A DNA stretch of 62,842 bases, filler included, from Octopus bimaculoides (taxonomy: Eukaryota), in the NCBI RefSeq assembly GCF_001194135.2. It is 6 parts of 6 records of this genome, joined end to end, with 100 filler letters (N's around TTAATTAATTAA, not from the genome) between each part and the next. Parts side by side here need not be neighbours in the genome. Positions count along the whole stretch, not along the records: positions 27,133 to 38,275 come from NC_069010.1; positions 38,376 to 42,531 come from NC_068988.1; positions 42,632 to 55,873 come from NC_068993.1; 3 more parts are not named here. One strand, written 5' to 3'. A program made the translations under genes and the position numbers. Position 1 is the stretch's first letter, and every line of letters starts with the position of its first letter. The notes under the pieces were generated by a model. It ran no database searches. It was not told the origin of the DNA and worked only from the letters and a program-made list of their open reading frames with translations. This document shows, piece by piece, positions 35,877 through 49,003 of the stretch.

Positions 35877-36375
35877 AACAACAAACAAGATGAGGACAAA
35901 TATCCGTCAAATGTAAATAATGTAAATAATGTACATAATCTCATCTCTTAAATATAGAACTATGTAAATTCTTATTAATCATTTCTACATCTTGCGAGGT
36001 ATTCGGACACACATACATGCATGCACAGAAACAGACATTCATACAGACAGACAGACATACAAACACATACATCCATCCATACATACGCACATGCATCCAC
36101 ATACATCCCCACATACATATATACTAAATACACCCACATACGTACATACATGCATACATACACACATACGTACGTACACACATACACGTACATACATATA
36201 CAGTAGCGTAGTCAGCGTCTAAACAGAGATCGAGTACATAAAAAAAGGCGCCGTGGCCCATACAAAACAATTCTTAACTTATTTCTCTTATATTGCACTT
36301 AATATTTCATTAGTTATAAGTAATTTGTATTCTACATTCATTAATTTCCTGTTTCAGTAACAATGTCATTATATA

Positions 36376-36545
36376 GGCGTAGGAGTGGCTGTGTGGTAAG
36401 TAGCTTGCTTACCAACAACATGGTTCCGGGTTCAGTCCCACTGCGTGGCACCTTGGGCAAGCGTCTTCTACTATAGCCTCAGGCCGACCAAAGCCTTGTG
36501 AGTGGATTTGGTAGACGGAAACTGAAAAGAAGCCCGTCGTATATA
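36376..36545 (+). mobile_element. SINE family S1, 5' half
   Basis: Near-consensus head with B-box GGTTCAGTCCC. Confidence 0.85.
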
Positions 36546-37686
36546 TATGTATATATATACATATATGTATGTGTGCGTACCTACATACCTACGTATGCAC
36601 ATATGTACATACATATTCACACATATAAGTACGTACATAGGTCCATGCATTTGCACACACGCACATACATGCATACATACGAATATATCCGCTTGATTCC
36701 AATCTCGGTGTACAAATTACAATTTTTATTCTCATACATCAAACTTATATGAGAGCAAGCTCATTACTCTTCCCTAAGTCGCCCTTATCACAAGTCACAA
36801 TTAGAACAACGGCACAACNNNNNNNNNNNNNNNNNNNNNNNNNNNNNNNNNNNNNNNNNNNNNNNNNNNNNNNNNNNNNNNNNNNNNNNNNNNNNNNNNN
36901 NNNNNNNNNNNNNNNNNNNNNNNNNNNNNNNNNNNNNNNNNNNNNNNNNNNNNNNNNNNNNNNNNNNNNNNNNNNNNNNNNNNNNNNNNNNNNNNNNNNN
37001 NNNNNNNNNNNNNNNNNNNNNNNNNNNNNNNNNNNNNNNNNNNNNNNNNNNNNNNNNNNNNNNNNNNNNNNNNNNNNNNNNNNNNNNNNNNNNNNNNNNN
37101 NNNNNNNNNNNNNNNNNNNNNNNNNNNNNNNNNNNNNNNNNNNNNNNNNNNNNNNNNNNNNNNNNNNNNNNNNNNNNNNNNNNNNNNNNNNNNNNNNNNN
37201 NNNNNNNNNNNNNNNNNNNNNNNNNNNNNNNNNNNNNNNNNNNNNNNNNNNNNNNNNNNNNNNNNNNNNNNNNNNNNNNNNNNNNNNNNNNNNNNNNNNN
37301 NNNNNNNNNNNNNNNNNNNNNNNNNNNNNNNNNNNNNNNNNNNNNNNNNNNNNNNNNNNNNNNNNNNNNNNNNNNNNNNNNNNNNNNNNNNNNNNNNNNN
37401 NNNNNNNNNNNNNNNNNNNNNNNNNNNNNNNNNNNNNNNNNNNNNNNNNNNNNNNNNNNNNNNNNNNNNNNNNNNNNNNNNNNNNNNNNNNNNNNNNNNN
37501 NNNNNNNNNNNNNNNNNNNNNNNNNNNNNNNNNNNNNNNNNNNNNNNNNNNNNNNNNNNNNNNNNNNNNNNNNNNNNNNNNNNNNNNNNNNNNNNNNNNN
37601 NNNNNNNNNNNNNNNNNNNNNNNNNNNNNNNNNNNNNNNNNNNNNNNNNNNNNNNNNNNNNNNNNNNNNNNNNNNNNNNNNNNNNN

Positions 37687-37721
<35 letters not shown>

Positions 37722-38375
37722 TGTATGTGTGCGTACCTACATACCTACGTATGCACATATGTACATACATATTCACACATATAAGTACGTACATAGGTCC
37801 ATGCATTTGCACACACGCACATACATGCATACATACGAATATATCCGCTTGATTCCAATCTCGGTGTACAAATTACAATTTTTATTCTCATACATCAAAC
37901 TTATATGAGAGCAAGCTCATTACTCTTCCCTAAGTCGCCCTTATCACAAGTCACAATTAGAACAACGGCACAACGGACAGGAACAGTAATGAAGTCAAGT
38001 GGAGTTGGTAAGTGAAACTGTAGTATCCGTGGAAACGACTACAGATGGTCTTCATCGGCCCAATTGTTAAGTAGAAAGTTGATACAAGTCTTATCTTTTC
38101 GCCTCCGAGTAGCTGAGTGATGCAATGGCTGCCGATTTCCGTGCAGAGATAACTGTGTAGTTAAGAAGTTAGTTTCGTACTATATATAATTGTAATATTT
38201 GTTTACCTTTTCCAATGCAGACGTGACTCTGTACTTAAGAAGTTTGCTTATATATATATATATATATATATATATNNNNNNNNNNNNNNNNNNNNNNNNN
38301 NNNNNNNNNNNNNNNNNNNTTAATTAATTAANNNNNNNNNNNNNNNNNNNNNNNNNNNNNNNNNNNNNNNNNNNN

Positions 38376-38645
38376 TACAGGGAGATCGTGCTTTCGATTC
38401 CCAGACCAGGGCGTTGCGTTGTGTTCTTGAGCAAAACACTTCATTTCACATTGCTCTGCAATCATTTCATCACCTGACATGTGGCACCTGTTGCACCTGT
38501 ACAGTTAATGCCGATTTGATGGAGGGAGTGAGCAAATGTATAGCACATACATTTGATCACTATAACCGAATCATCTGTGAAGGTTCTTCAGCCGAAAACT
38601 GCAGAACCACCCTCATACGTCATCTAACGACGGGAGAGTCCTTGA
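38376..38645 (+). mobile_element. SINE family S3
   Basis: B-box TTCGATTCCC; TTGTGTTCTTGAGCAAAACACTTCATTTCAC. Confidence 0.75.
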
Positions 38646-39999
38646 TCACACACGCGCGCGCGCGCGCGACGGGATACTACACACACTAGAAGCCTACCAA
38701 ATTCACTCACAAGGCACCGCTCGGCCCAGTCTTATAGCACATGACACTTGCCCAGGGTACTGCGCAATGGGTCTGAAGTCGAAACCACGCGGTCACAAAT
38801 CGACCCTTTGAGAGAGACAAAGAACAGGTTTACTCTCGTTACCATTCCGGCTTGATACGCCGCCAATTTATTCCGAAGGAGGAATTGTCCAGAATTCGGC
38901 CAAATTTTGAAGGTAAATAAACTGATTCCCTCCTAATCGATTTTACAGTATTTCATATTTGTTTTTTGAGAGCAATAATCATTCGATCATCTTTTATTGG
39001 TTATCGATAAACGATAATATTGTACTTCAACATAACCAAACAGGTGCCATTTTCCGTCATCAGGTGGTGTTACCTATTCCAAACGAAATTATCCTACAAT
39101 ATCGTATTATTTTGGAACTAGACAAAAATAATCAATATTTAGAGACATCATATGTCGATTCTGCAACCACCAATTAATAATGCACGTACCAGTTGACAAG
39201 AGTGTGTTCTGTATGGGAAATTGGTCTAGCCAGTAGTGTTACACCACTAAACTTAATGGTTATTTAAGCAATGTGTTCGTAAGTGGGTAATGGGTTGCAG
39301 GTGATACTGAAGGAAGTGCAATAACTCCTGAAATGTGCATATACATCTATGACTTAGTTTTTTAAATCTTCGATTGCATTGTTTAGATAGACGTATTCGT
39401 ATACGAAACGTAACTTTCGGTGCGGGCTTTAAATTCTATAGAAAATCTGTAGAGATACACTTAAAATATTTAAAGAAAAGAGAAAATGGAAGTTGTAGTA
39501 TTTTTTTCTTAGATACCATTGAGATTACTGTTTTGAATCCTAAAGCTAATAGGTCTGGTTACCCGGTCAACTTCGCCTTTCATTCCTTTGGGAGCGATCA
39601 AAAATAAAGTGTCAGTCAAATACTTGGGTTGATGTAATCAACTTTCCTCCTCCCATCAAAACTGCTGATCTTGAATCCTGTTTGGGACGAAGATTCCGCT
39701 CAAGGGGAGTGTTGTGATCTCACTTCCTTATACGCCATGAAAACCGGGTAATCAACCTTATAAGTACGATGGATCGGCTAAACAATATATATGTAGCATT
39801 AATGTTTCAATATGTATCTATATCAGCGGTTCTCAAATGCGGCTCCCAGGGCCTCATGTGGCTCTCAAGCATCCTTCCAGTGGCACACCCTCCCACACCC
39901 GATGGTCTTCCCTCTACAAATTTAATAACGTTTCTTTTCATTGACTTACGTTTTACTCTTTTGGTGTGGCAATATATACATACATATATATACACACAC

Positions 40000-40048
<49 letters not shown>

Positions 40049-40494
40049 NNNNNNNNNNNNNNNNNNNNNNNNNNNNNNNNNNNNNNNNNNNNNNNNNNNN
40101 NNNNNNNNNNNNNNNNNNNNNNNNNNNNNNNNNNNNNNNNNNNNNNNNNNNNNNNNNNNNNNNNNNNNNNNNNNNNNNNNNNNNNNNNNNNNNNNNNNNN
40201 NNNNNNNNNNNNNNNNNNNNNNNNNNNNNNNNNNNNNNNNNNNNNNNNNNNNNNNNNNNNNNNNNNNNNNNNNNNNNNNNNNNNNNNNNNNNNNNNNNNN
40301 NNNNNNNNNNNNNNNNNNNNNNNNNNNNNNNNNNNNNNNNNNNNNNNNNNNNNNNNNNNNNNNNNNNNNNNNNNNNNNNNNNNNNNNNNNNNNNNNNNNN
40401 NNNNNNNNNNNNNNNNNNNNNNNNNNNNNNNNNNNNNNNNNNNNNNNNNNNNNNNNNNNNNNNNNNNNNNNNNNNATGTGTGTATGTGTGTGAG

Positions 40495-40720
40495 TGTACA
40501 GGAGAACTACGTAAAACTTTACATATACCTGTAAAGAAAATATTAAAAGATAATCCAGAATCCTTGTCCGGTACCGGATCGATCCCCAAATCTAATCAGT
40601 TTGTGCTAGTCACGAGGCCAAACATCCCTGAAAGTTTCATCCAAATCCATCCAGCGGTTCTTGAGATATCTTGTCCACGGACAAACAAGCAATACCTCCG
40701 CCTTAGCGAAGGTGGAGCTG
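40495..40720 (+). mobile_element. Helentron/HINE-like non-autonomous element remnant
   Basis: AAAGTTTCATCCAAATCCATCCAGCGGTTCTTGAGATATC motif followed by a 3' hairpin CTCCGCC-TTAGCGAA-GGTGGAG; family assignment from recalled HINE architecture. Confidence 0.45.
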
Positions 40721-40723
40721 ATG

Positions 40724-40795
<72 letters not shown>

Positions 40796-41529
40796 ATGAT
40801 GATGATGATGATAATAATGATAATAATAATAACAATAATACACCAGTGATCTACCTCACTTCAATATTCTTATGGTGATGTAAGACTAAAAAAATTTTGG
40901 TAGAATTTAATCTCAGAATTTTAATCGCAGAATTAATGAACATTTCCACCATATCAGCTGACCCAATTTATTTATTTGGGCGGTTTGTGACGAAGGTGAA
41001 GAACTAAAAGAGAATTTCTTAAAAGTACAATGAAAAAAAAAATGCTTAAAATAGGGAGCCATGTTTAAATGTAATGTTCTAGTAAGTCTGGAATTTTAAT
41101 GGTTTTGCAATTTGTCAGTTTTTGAGTTTTAGCGCGGTAATATATTCTTAATATCAAAACCAGCAGAAGCAATAGACTTACCATTTTCTGAGAGTTAGGG
41201 TGGGCGCGCATGCACAGGTTCGTATTTCGTTTGTTTGTGTGTAAGAGACATAGCTCTTCAAATGTTACCGCATGTCCTTGTGCATCTCCAACGTTCTTCT
41301 ACACACGAGTTGAGGTTTTGGTTCGTGGAGGACTTTGCTTAAAGTTACCATTTTCTTAGCTTTCTTTCACCGTACCTTCTTATTTATTATTCACTAGATG
41401 CCACCCATGCCCGTCAAGTACCATCTCCCTTTGCTTGTTTCTCTCATTAGACTACGACCATCGCCTTGAAGGTGCCACGCAGTGGGACTGAACCTGGAAC
41501 CATGTGGTTGGTAAGCAAGCTACTTACCA

Positions 41530-41882
41530 CACGTCTCTTTTCAATAGCTCCATACTTTCTTTCTCTCTTCCTTTCCATTCTCCTCTCTCTCTGTTCCCCC
41601 CTCCCTCTCTCTCCATCCTTTTCTCTGACTCTTCCATTTCCACTCCTCTCCGCCTCCCACTTTCTCCCTCCATTCTGCTCTCTCTCTCTCTCCCTCCCTC
41701 CATTTTCCTGTTTGTGCTCTCTTCTCTCTCTCTCTTTGTTTGTCTGTCTCTCTCTCTGTTTGTCTGTCTCTCTCTCTGTCTGTCTGTTTGTCTGTCTCTC
41801 TGTCTCTCTCTGTCTCTGTCTCTCTCTCTGTGTCTGTCTCTCTCTCTTTATCTCTCTCTCTCTCTCTCTCTCCGTCTCCTTC

Positions 41883-41923
<41 letters not shown>

Positions 41924-42016
41924 TTCTCTGTCTCTCTCTGTCTCTCTCTTTCTGTCTCCTTCTCTGTCTGTCTGTCTACCTGTCTGTCTACCTGTCTGTC
42001 TAACTGTCTGTCTACC

Positions 42017-42049
<33 letters not shown>

Positions 42050-42112
42050 GTGTGTCTCTCTCTGTCTCTCTCTCTCTCTCTCTCTGTGTCTCTCTGTCTC
42101 TCTCTGTCTCTC

Positions 42113-42165
<53 letters not shown>
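41530..42165. repeat. Compound (CT)n/(CTGT)n microsatellite
   Basis: Direct reading; explains the L/S-rich pseudo-ORFs. Confidence 0.95.
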
Positions 42166-42166
<1 letters not shown>

Positions 42167-42659
42167 ACCTCCATATTTCGTTCTCTCTCTCCCAGCATTA
42201 ATATCCCGAAAAGCCGTTTATCAAAATGGTTTCTGCAATCCTTTATTTGTTCTCCCACGCCATTTATTTAATCAACCAACCTAACGTTCGTTCACAATCA
42301 GGTGTCATTTGACAAAACAACGACAAACGTTGTTTAGTCCTTCCATTTACACTCAACCGTCAGATCTCTCATTGCAAGAATATTTTAGCACCAAACATTG
42401 GTGCAGCCTCCGATCACTGGTGAAGAACTGCGCTTCGCAACCACATGATTCCAGGCTTGATCCCATTACGTGTCACTTGGGGAAAATGTACCCCCTTGTT
42501 TTTACTTCACACACACACACACACACATATANNNNNNNNNNNNNNNNNNNNNNNNNNNNNNNNNNNNNNNNNNNNTTAATTAATTAANNNNNNNNNNNNN
42601 NNNNNNNNNNNNNNNNNNNNNNNNNNNNNNNTATATATATATATATATATGCATATATA

Positions 42660-43200
42660 TATAACGTTTGGTATAATTATAAACGGAAAAGTTTACCCAT
42701 TTCTCCGCAGACTGAAAAAAAACGATGAACAAACTTAATTGATTTTTGAGGGGTTCTCATCAGAAGCATTCACACCATTCTGACAATCTCCAGAGCAACA
42801 AGCAGCCAAGCTCTTTATGTACTCAATAAATGCAGCAGTTACTCTATGAAGAAGACCCTAATCTGCATACCGAAAGCGTTTAACACACTATAAATACCAC
42901 CGGACTCTCAACGGGGGTTTTAGTCCACGGAGTATCAAGGTATGATATATATGTAACATACGGTATAATTATATATAGGGCAAATTTTAGCCATTTCTCC
43001 GCAGACTGAAAACATGATGAACAACCTTAATCGATTTTCGAACGTTATTGGGTTCTCATCAGAGGCGTCCTCGAAATGAGGAAAGTAGACAGCCAACAAC
43101 TGATGAAGGCTCCTTTCTCTGTATTAACTTAACCAGTTTTCCATTTTTTCTCGTTGTTTACGTATTTCATGTTATTTGTACCGTTAGTGACGTCCTGTAC
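42660..43200 (-). mobile_element. Two adjacent related repeats (family C), each carrying a minus-strand hammerhead motif
   Basis: A shared ~110-bp block GGTATAATTAT..CCATTTCTCCGCAGACTGAAAA..GATGAACAA..TTAAT.GATTTT..GGGTTCTCATCAGA starts near 42670 and near 42962. Confidence 0.65.
43024..43066 (-). ncRNA. Minimal type-I hammerhead ribozyme motif, canonical core, UUA site
   Basis: GCCU-CUGAUGA-GAAC-CCAAUAAC-GUUC-GAA-AAUCGAUU-A-AGGU; helix III is an 8-nt perfect palindrome. Confidence 0.8.
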
Positions 43201-43250
43201 CCATATATGCATATATATATATACATACATACATACATATNNNNNNNNNN

Positions 43251-43284
<34 letters not shown>

Positions 43285-43349
43285 GTATGTATATTATTTA
43301 TTAGATAACTTACATATATTTCGACCAAAGATTGGTCCAGGACATATTT

Positions 43350-43800
43350 AACGTAATGGTACCACCTGATAGGATTAGCTAAATCCTTTTTAAGTCAGGC
43401 TTTGTGGTATCCTGATTCATTCGAGTTGAGTTGTGTCCAGATATAGGTGGCTTGTCTGATATTCCTTGAAGAAATTTGTTCAGTTTCCGCTGAAAGATGA
43501 TGGGATCCTTTTCCTTTTTGACCTCTTTCGGGACAATGTTAAATATGGCGGGACCTGTTGAGCAAAAGAAATTGTGTTGCAGTGTACTTATATGTTGTGA
43601 TCCTGAATTGGGTAGCGGACGTATGGCCCGTGGTCCTATCCTTGGATGGATATTGAAGCCAGTGTTGAGATCGTTTGGGCAATGCTGGTGGTATATTTTC
43701 CACATCGTGCAAATGATGTATCATTTGCAGTGCCGCTGTAGAGAGTAGAGTTCCAATGCTTTAAGGCGGTCCTAATAATCGACATCAGCCATGCCCTTAA
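43350..43800 (-). mobile_element. CR1-like LINE 3' fragment
   Basis: LKHWN.YSLQR...YIICTMWKI..HPR.G.RA..GP.IFN..PK..FQRKLNKFLQGISDKPP, a CR1-type C-terminal pattern. Confidence 0.7.
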
Positions 43801-44342
43801 TTCTATTAGTGAATATATATGTGTGTGTATATATATGTATACATACATTATGTTATGTTTATATGAAGGTAGGTAGGTAAGTAAGTAGGTANNNNNNNNN
43901 NNNNNNNNNNNNNNNNNNNNNNNNNNNNNNNNNNNNNNNNNNNNNNNNNNNNNNNNNNNNNNNNNNNNNNNNNNNNNNNNNNNNNNNNNNNNNNNNNNNN
44001 NNNNNNNNNNNNNNNNNNNNNNNNNNNNNNNNNNNNNNNNNNNNNNNNNNNNNNNNNNNNNNNNNNNNNNNNNNNNNNNNNNNNNNNNNNNNNNNNNNNN
44101 NNNNNNNNNNNNNNNNNNNNNNNNNNNNNNNNNNNNNNNNNNNNNNNNNNNNNNNNNNNNNNNNTGTGTAACAGTATTTTGAATCAATCGTAATAACTTT
44201 CACAAACTCACAATTATGGGTTCTAATTTATGATTTTCCTGCTACATTTTTCTCCTTTTACATACTAACTTTTTCATCTCTATACATCCCTCTCTTTATA
44301 TTGACATGCACACCTGTATACACAATCTCACTCCCACACTGC

Positions 44343-44383
<41 letters not shown>

Positions 44384-45004
44384 TACATACATTATGTTAT
44401 GTTTATATGAAGGTAGGTAGGTAAGTAAGTAGGTAGGTTGATGCATCAATTGATAGATGGAAAGATAGATTGATATGTATTTTTAGAAAATTATATTTAT
44501 ATAATATACATTTACACGTATTTTTAACAGTTTCTCGCAATTGGTTTCCATTATATTTATTTATATACTAGTGTGTATGAGTATGTGTGTGTTGAACGTG
44601 TGGTTATTGCATGTATGTATATGTGTGAATGTATGATAAATAAATACATATATATATATAAATATATAAATATGTATGTATATGTACGTATATATGCGTG
44701 TCTGTCTGTTTGTATTTATATACAAATATGTGAATATCAGTACATAAATACATTGCATATATAGGCATAGATAAATATATATACATATTACATATGTATA
44801 TGGAAAGGAGAGGAGAAAAGCTGGGAGAGAAATAGACTTAAGCGATTGGTAACCTGGAGAAACATATCAAATTATATATATATATTAAAGTAAACATATA
44901 TATACATATATATTTTATCAGTCCCATCCGTGGACAGAGTTTCATATTTCAAGCAGGCCCGTGATGTTTACCTCATAGTGTGTATATTTGTGCTTGTGTG
45001 TGAG

Positions 45005-45047
<43 letters not shown>

Positions 45048-45051
<4 letters not shown>

Positions 45052-45250
45052 TGACCTAGTAGTTAGGATGCTTGAACGCCCGATCACTAGATCTTGGGTT
45101 CGATTCTCGGACGGGGCTGTGCGTTGTGACCTCGATCAAAACCATTTCACGTTGCTCTACGATCATTTTGACATCCGACCAACGCCAATTTGATAGATGG
45201 AGTTTTTAATGTACAGCACAAACTGTTGGTCATTATAAACAAACCTCTTA
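45048..45250 (+). mobile_element. SINE family S3, diverged
   Basis: TGACCTAGTAGTTAGG head and GGGTTCGATTCTC B-box. Confidence 0.6.
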
Positions 45251-45803
45251 TGCTATAGTTATGTTATACTTCATGTCCATGACACATTTCCAAAACTGCC
45301 GGAATAAAACGAGTTCAGAAATATTTCTAAAATCTGAAATCTTATTCATCTTTGCTTAAAATCGAAGCACACGAAAGTGCTCTAGACTCTGAATCAAGCA
45401 CTTATATGCAGCATTCCGTCTGTCACCCATTGATGTTCTTTTTATAATCCGATGATGAATTTGAGCTCTCTCTTTGTCTTTCTGGCTGACTTCTCATATA
45501 TGTAGCGCTCTGTCTCTCACACTCACTCTCTTTCTCTTTCTTTCTCTCTCTCTATGTGTGTGTGATGTGTGTGTGTGTAAGTATGTATGTTTAAACATGT
45601 ATATGCATATAAATATTAGTACAAAATAAGCACACGCGCATATATATATTTATTTAGGTGTATGTATGTATGTATATAAATCTATGTATGGATGTTATGC
45701 ATATAATCATAGGTATATACATATATACACACGTACTACGTACGTGTGTATATATGTATATATGCAGGTACATATACACACATATATATACACTCATATA
45801 TAA

Positions 45804-45834
<31 letters not shown>

Positions 45835-47116
45835 TATACACATATATATGTGTATGTATGCACGTATGTATGGATGGATGGATATAATTGTATAAAAACA
45901 TTCACACCACAAGCAAATCCCTGTTCTTGTGATATGATGTGTTTGAAGAGAATAATTATGTTTATTTTAATGAATAGCGATGATTTGTTTTTCATGTGTT
46001 CTGTTTAAGATATATATATATATTTACATATTGTCGCTCTGACATTTGGAATTTTCCTATCTAATTGGGTCCATTTCTCAACGTTTCCTAGATGAATATT
46101 TTCGTTATGTAGAAAATGTTTATTCCTATCGCTAATGTTGTTATAGACCCATTGCTGTATTTCGTTATTCATGTTTCATTCGGAATGTCGTCCACTATCA
46201 TTTTATAGATTTTACACATCATAGAGAGTATAGGCGTAGGCGTGGCTGGGTGGTTAGTAAAATGCTGCCCCAAATCACATGGTTCCAGGTTCAGCCCTTC
46301 TGCGTGGCATCTTGATCAATTGTCATCAATTATAGCCCCGCGCTGACTGGAGCCTTGTGAGTAGATTTAGTGTATACATATGTTTGTATGTGTGTGTGTG
46401 TGTGAGCCTGTATGTATTATATATATACATATANNNNNNNNNNNNNNNNNNNNNNNNNNNNNNNNNNNNNNNNNNNNNNNNNNNNNNNNNNNNNNNNNNN
46501 NNNNNNNNNNNNNNNNNNNNNNNNNNNNNNNNNNNNNNNNNNNNNNNNNNNNNNNNNNNNNNNNNNNNNNNNNNNNNNNNNNNNNNNNNNNNNNNNNNNN
46601 NNNNNNNNNNNNNNNNNNNNNNNNNNNNNNNNNNNNNNNNNNNNNNNNNNNNNNNNNNNNNNNNNNNNNNNNNNNNNNNNNNNNNNNNNNNNNNNNNNNN
46701 NNNNNNNNNNNNNNNNNNNNNNNNNNNNNNNNNNNNNNNNNNNNNNNNNNNNNNNNNNNNNNNNNNNNNNNNNNNNNNNNNNNNNNNNNNNNNNNNNNNN
46801 NNNNNNNNNNNNNNNNNNNNNNNNNNNNNNNNNNNNNNNNNNNNNNNNNNNNNNNNNNNNNNNNNNNNNNNNNNNATTTGCCACCAGGGCGATGAATAAG
46901 GACGACAATACAAAAACAGACATGAAGTGGTGGGGTATACATATAATAACAATTATATATAAATACCGGGGGTTGATTTGTTCTGAAACTTGAAGGGTTC
47001 AATAAAACAAGACACCGTTCTCCTTTTAAGTTTGGTACTTATTTTTAGATGTGTCTTGATGAAACACTTGCCGTGAACAAACCGAGAAGGATTGCCAATC
47101 CGCGAGGGAAACGAGT

Positions 47117-47153
<37 letters not shown>

Positions 47154-47750
47154 TACATACATACACACATATGCACAGGCCCGTTTCATTTACAAACAAG
47201 GAGAATGGGAGATAGATATAGAGGTAAGTGTGTATAAAAGTATTCCCTTCTATTAAAGACAAGGGCCTGAAATATCGGGATTTGGGGATAGTCGAAATAC
47301 ATCTACTCCAAGGGCTCAACTGGTACTTATTTTTTCGAACTCGAAATACTGAAAGGCAAAATCGAACTTATGACGGATGAAATATCGCTCAGCTAACGTT
47401 TCTGTCAACTCACTAGTCTATCAATTGCTACAGGAGTGATTCAAGAGCATAACGTTTCGTGCCATTATATTTATCACGTCTAGCAAGTGAATCCAGACTT
47501 GTATATCATTTACGGAGAAAAATCACCAAATTAATTCTTAGAGTATAATAAACATTTTACTATTGACATTTTACATCTGACAAGGGAATCATTCTCTCCA
47601 TAAAAATGTATACATATTCAAGTGTCTATATTGTAAAGGGAGGTAACATTACAGTTTTTTTTTCGTATCTCTCAAAATTTTCTTATCGCTTGGGATATCA
47701 GCGATAGATTTATGCGATCAACACACACACACACATACACNNNNNNNNNN

Positions 47751-47782
<32 letters not shown>

Positions 47783-48001
47783 ACACACATATATATATAC
47801 ATATATGCGTGCATATGTAAATGAATGTATGCGATTTCGTACATATACACTTGGTAATACAATACAGGCGTATTCCATGGGGTATATCTCAATTATTTAG
47901 CAAGCCCTTTTTCACCGAAAGTGCTAATCTCTGAAATACGATATAAAGGAAATATGTGTAATTTTACTTAGTGAATATCTATCTACCTACCTACCTACCT
48001 C

Positions 48002-48032
<31 letters not shown>

Positions 48033-48033
48033 G

Positions 48034-48110
<77 letters not shown>

Positions 48111-48524
48111 NNNNNNNNNNNNNNNNNNNNNNNNNNNNNNNNNNNNNNNNNNNNNNNNNNNNNNNNNNNNNNNNNNNNNNNNNNNNNNNNNNNNNNNNNN
48201 NNNNNNNNNNNNNNNNNNNNNNNNNNNNNNNNNNNNNNNNNNNNNNNNNNNNNNNNNNNNNNNNNNNNNNNNNNNNNNNNNNNNNNNNNNNNNNNNNNNN
48301 NNNNNNNNNNNNNNNNNNNNNNNNNNNNNNNNNNNNNNNNNNNNNNNNNNNNNNNNNNNNNNNNNNNNNNNNNNNNNNNNNNNNNNNNNNNNNNNNNNNN
48401 NNNNNNNNNNNNNNNNNNNNNNNNNNNNNNNNNNNNNNNNNNNNNNNNNNNNNNNNNNNNNNNNNNNNNNNNNNNNNNNNNNNNNNNNNNNNNNNNNNNN
48501 NNNNNNNNNNNNNNNNNNNNNNNN

Positions 48525-48555
<31 letters not shown>

Positions 48556-48573
48556 CATACATACATACATACA

Positions 48574-48604
<31 letters not shown>

Positions 48605-49003
48605 GCATGTGGGTATATACAATTGTGCATAGACACTTGTATACATATACACTCATATAAGCTCAGAAGACCACACATGAGCACATACATCACATATATG
48701 AATGCTTGTGTATTTATATATTCGACTGTCGTGCTCTCCGTGAATTTAAGTAACCAGAGAAAAACTATAAATATTCATAATTAAGTATGAAAACTAAAGT
48801 ATTAGCGGTTCATTACAAAAATATTAATTTAATATAAAAAAAAATATTAAGTGTATATTTCATTTAAAATTAAATAATTAAGTGTTAAGCAGGCTAGAAT
48901 TCGTATTTTTTAATCTGCCTTCCTTTCTATCTCTTTACAAATGGGAGCTGTTCTCTCTGTGTTTATACAAATGTGTATATATATGTATGTATATATTTCA
49001 TGT

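Larger units (their letters stand above)
34500..35968 (-). mobile_element. Penelope-like element insertion: GIY-YIG 3' fragment plus terminal repeat (minus), with an inverted terminal-repeat copy (plus)
   Basis: The terminal repeat AACAT.GAAAAATACC..AGGA.TGAGAACCCAGGTTCGAAATT.CCCCAAGACACCTGATGAAGG.. occurs on minus (34500-34650) and on plus (35780-35940), flanking the GIY-YIG remnant. 34953-35324 is an assembly duplicate. Confidence 0.85.

Noticed and set aside
36545-37975. Direct repeat flanking the gap (36545-36818 versus about 37700-37975), and similarly near 43840/44380
   Set aside because: Same gap-flank overlap artefact.
38135-38250. Apparent acceptor ttttccaatgcag|ACGTGACTCTG
   Set aside because: It is a decayed S1 SINE head (GCAGACGTGGCTGTG..AAGAAG).
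37905-39177. Possible exons 37905-38007 (GTAAGT donor), 38828-38912 and 39044-39177
   Set aside because: Acceptors lack pyrimidine tracts, the same DNA gives equally plausible minus-strand exons, part may be repeat-derived, and no homolog was recognised.
41182-41187. Minus-strand ctcag|AAAATG|gtaagt, a possible 6-nt micro-exon or ATG-ending first exon
   Set aside because: Motif only; no partner exon can be linked without RNA data.
42846-42886. Plus-strand hammerhead-like GTTA-CTCTATGA…CCGAAAGCGTTTAAC
   Set aside because: The core has an extra base, helix II does not pair and helix III is not complementary.
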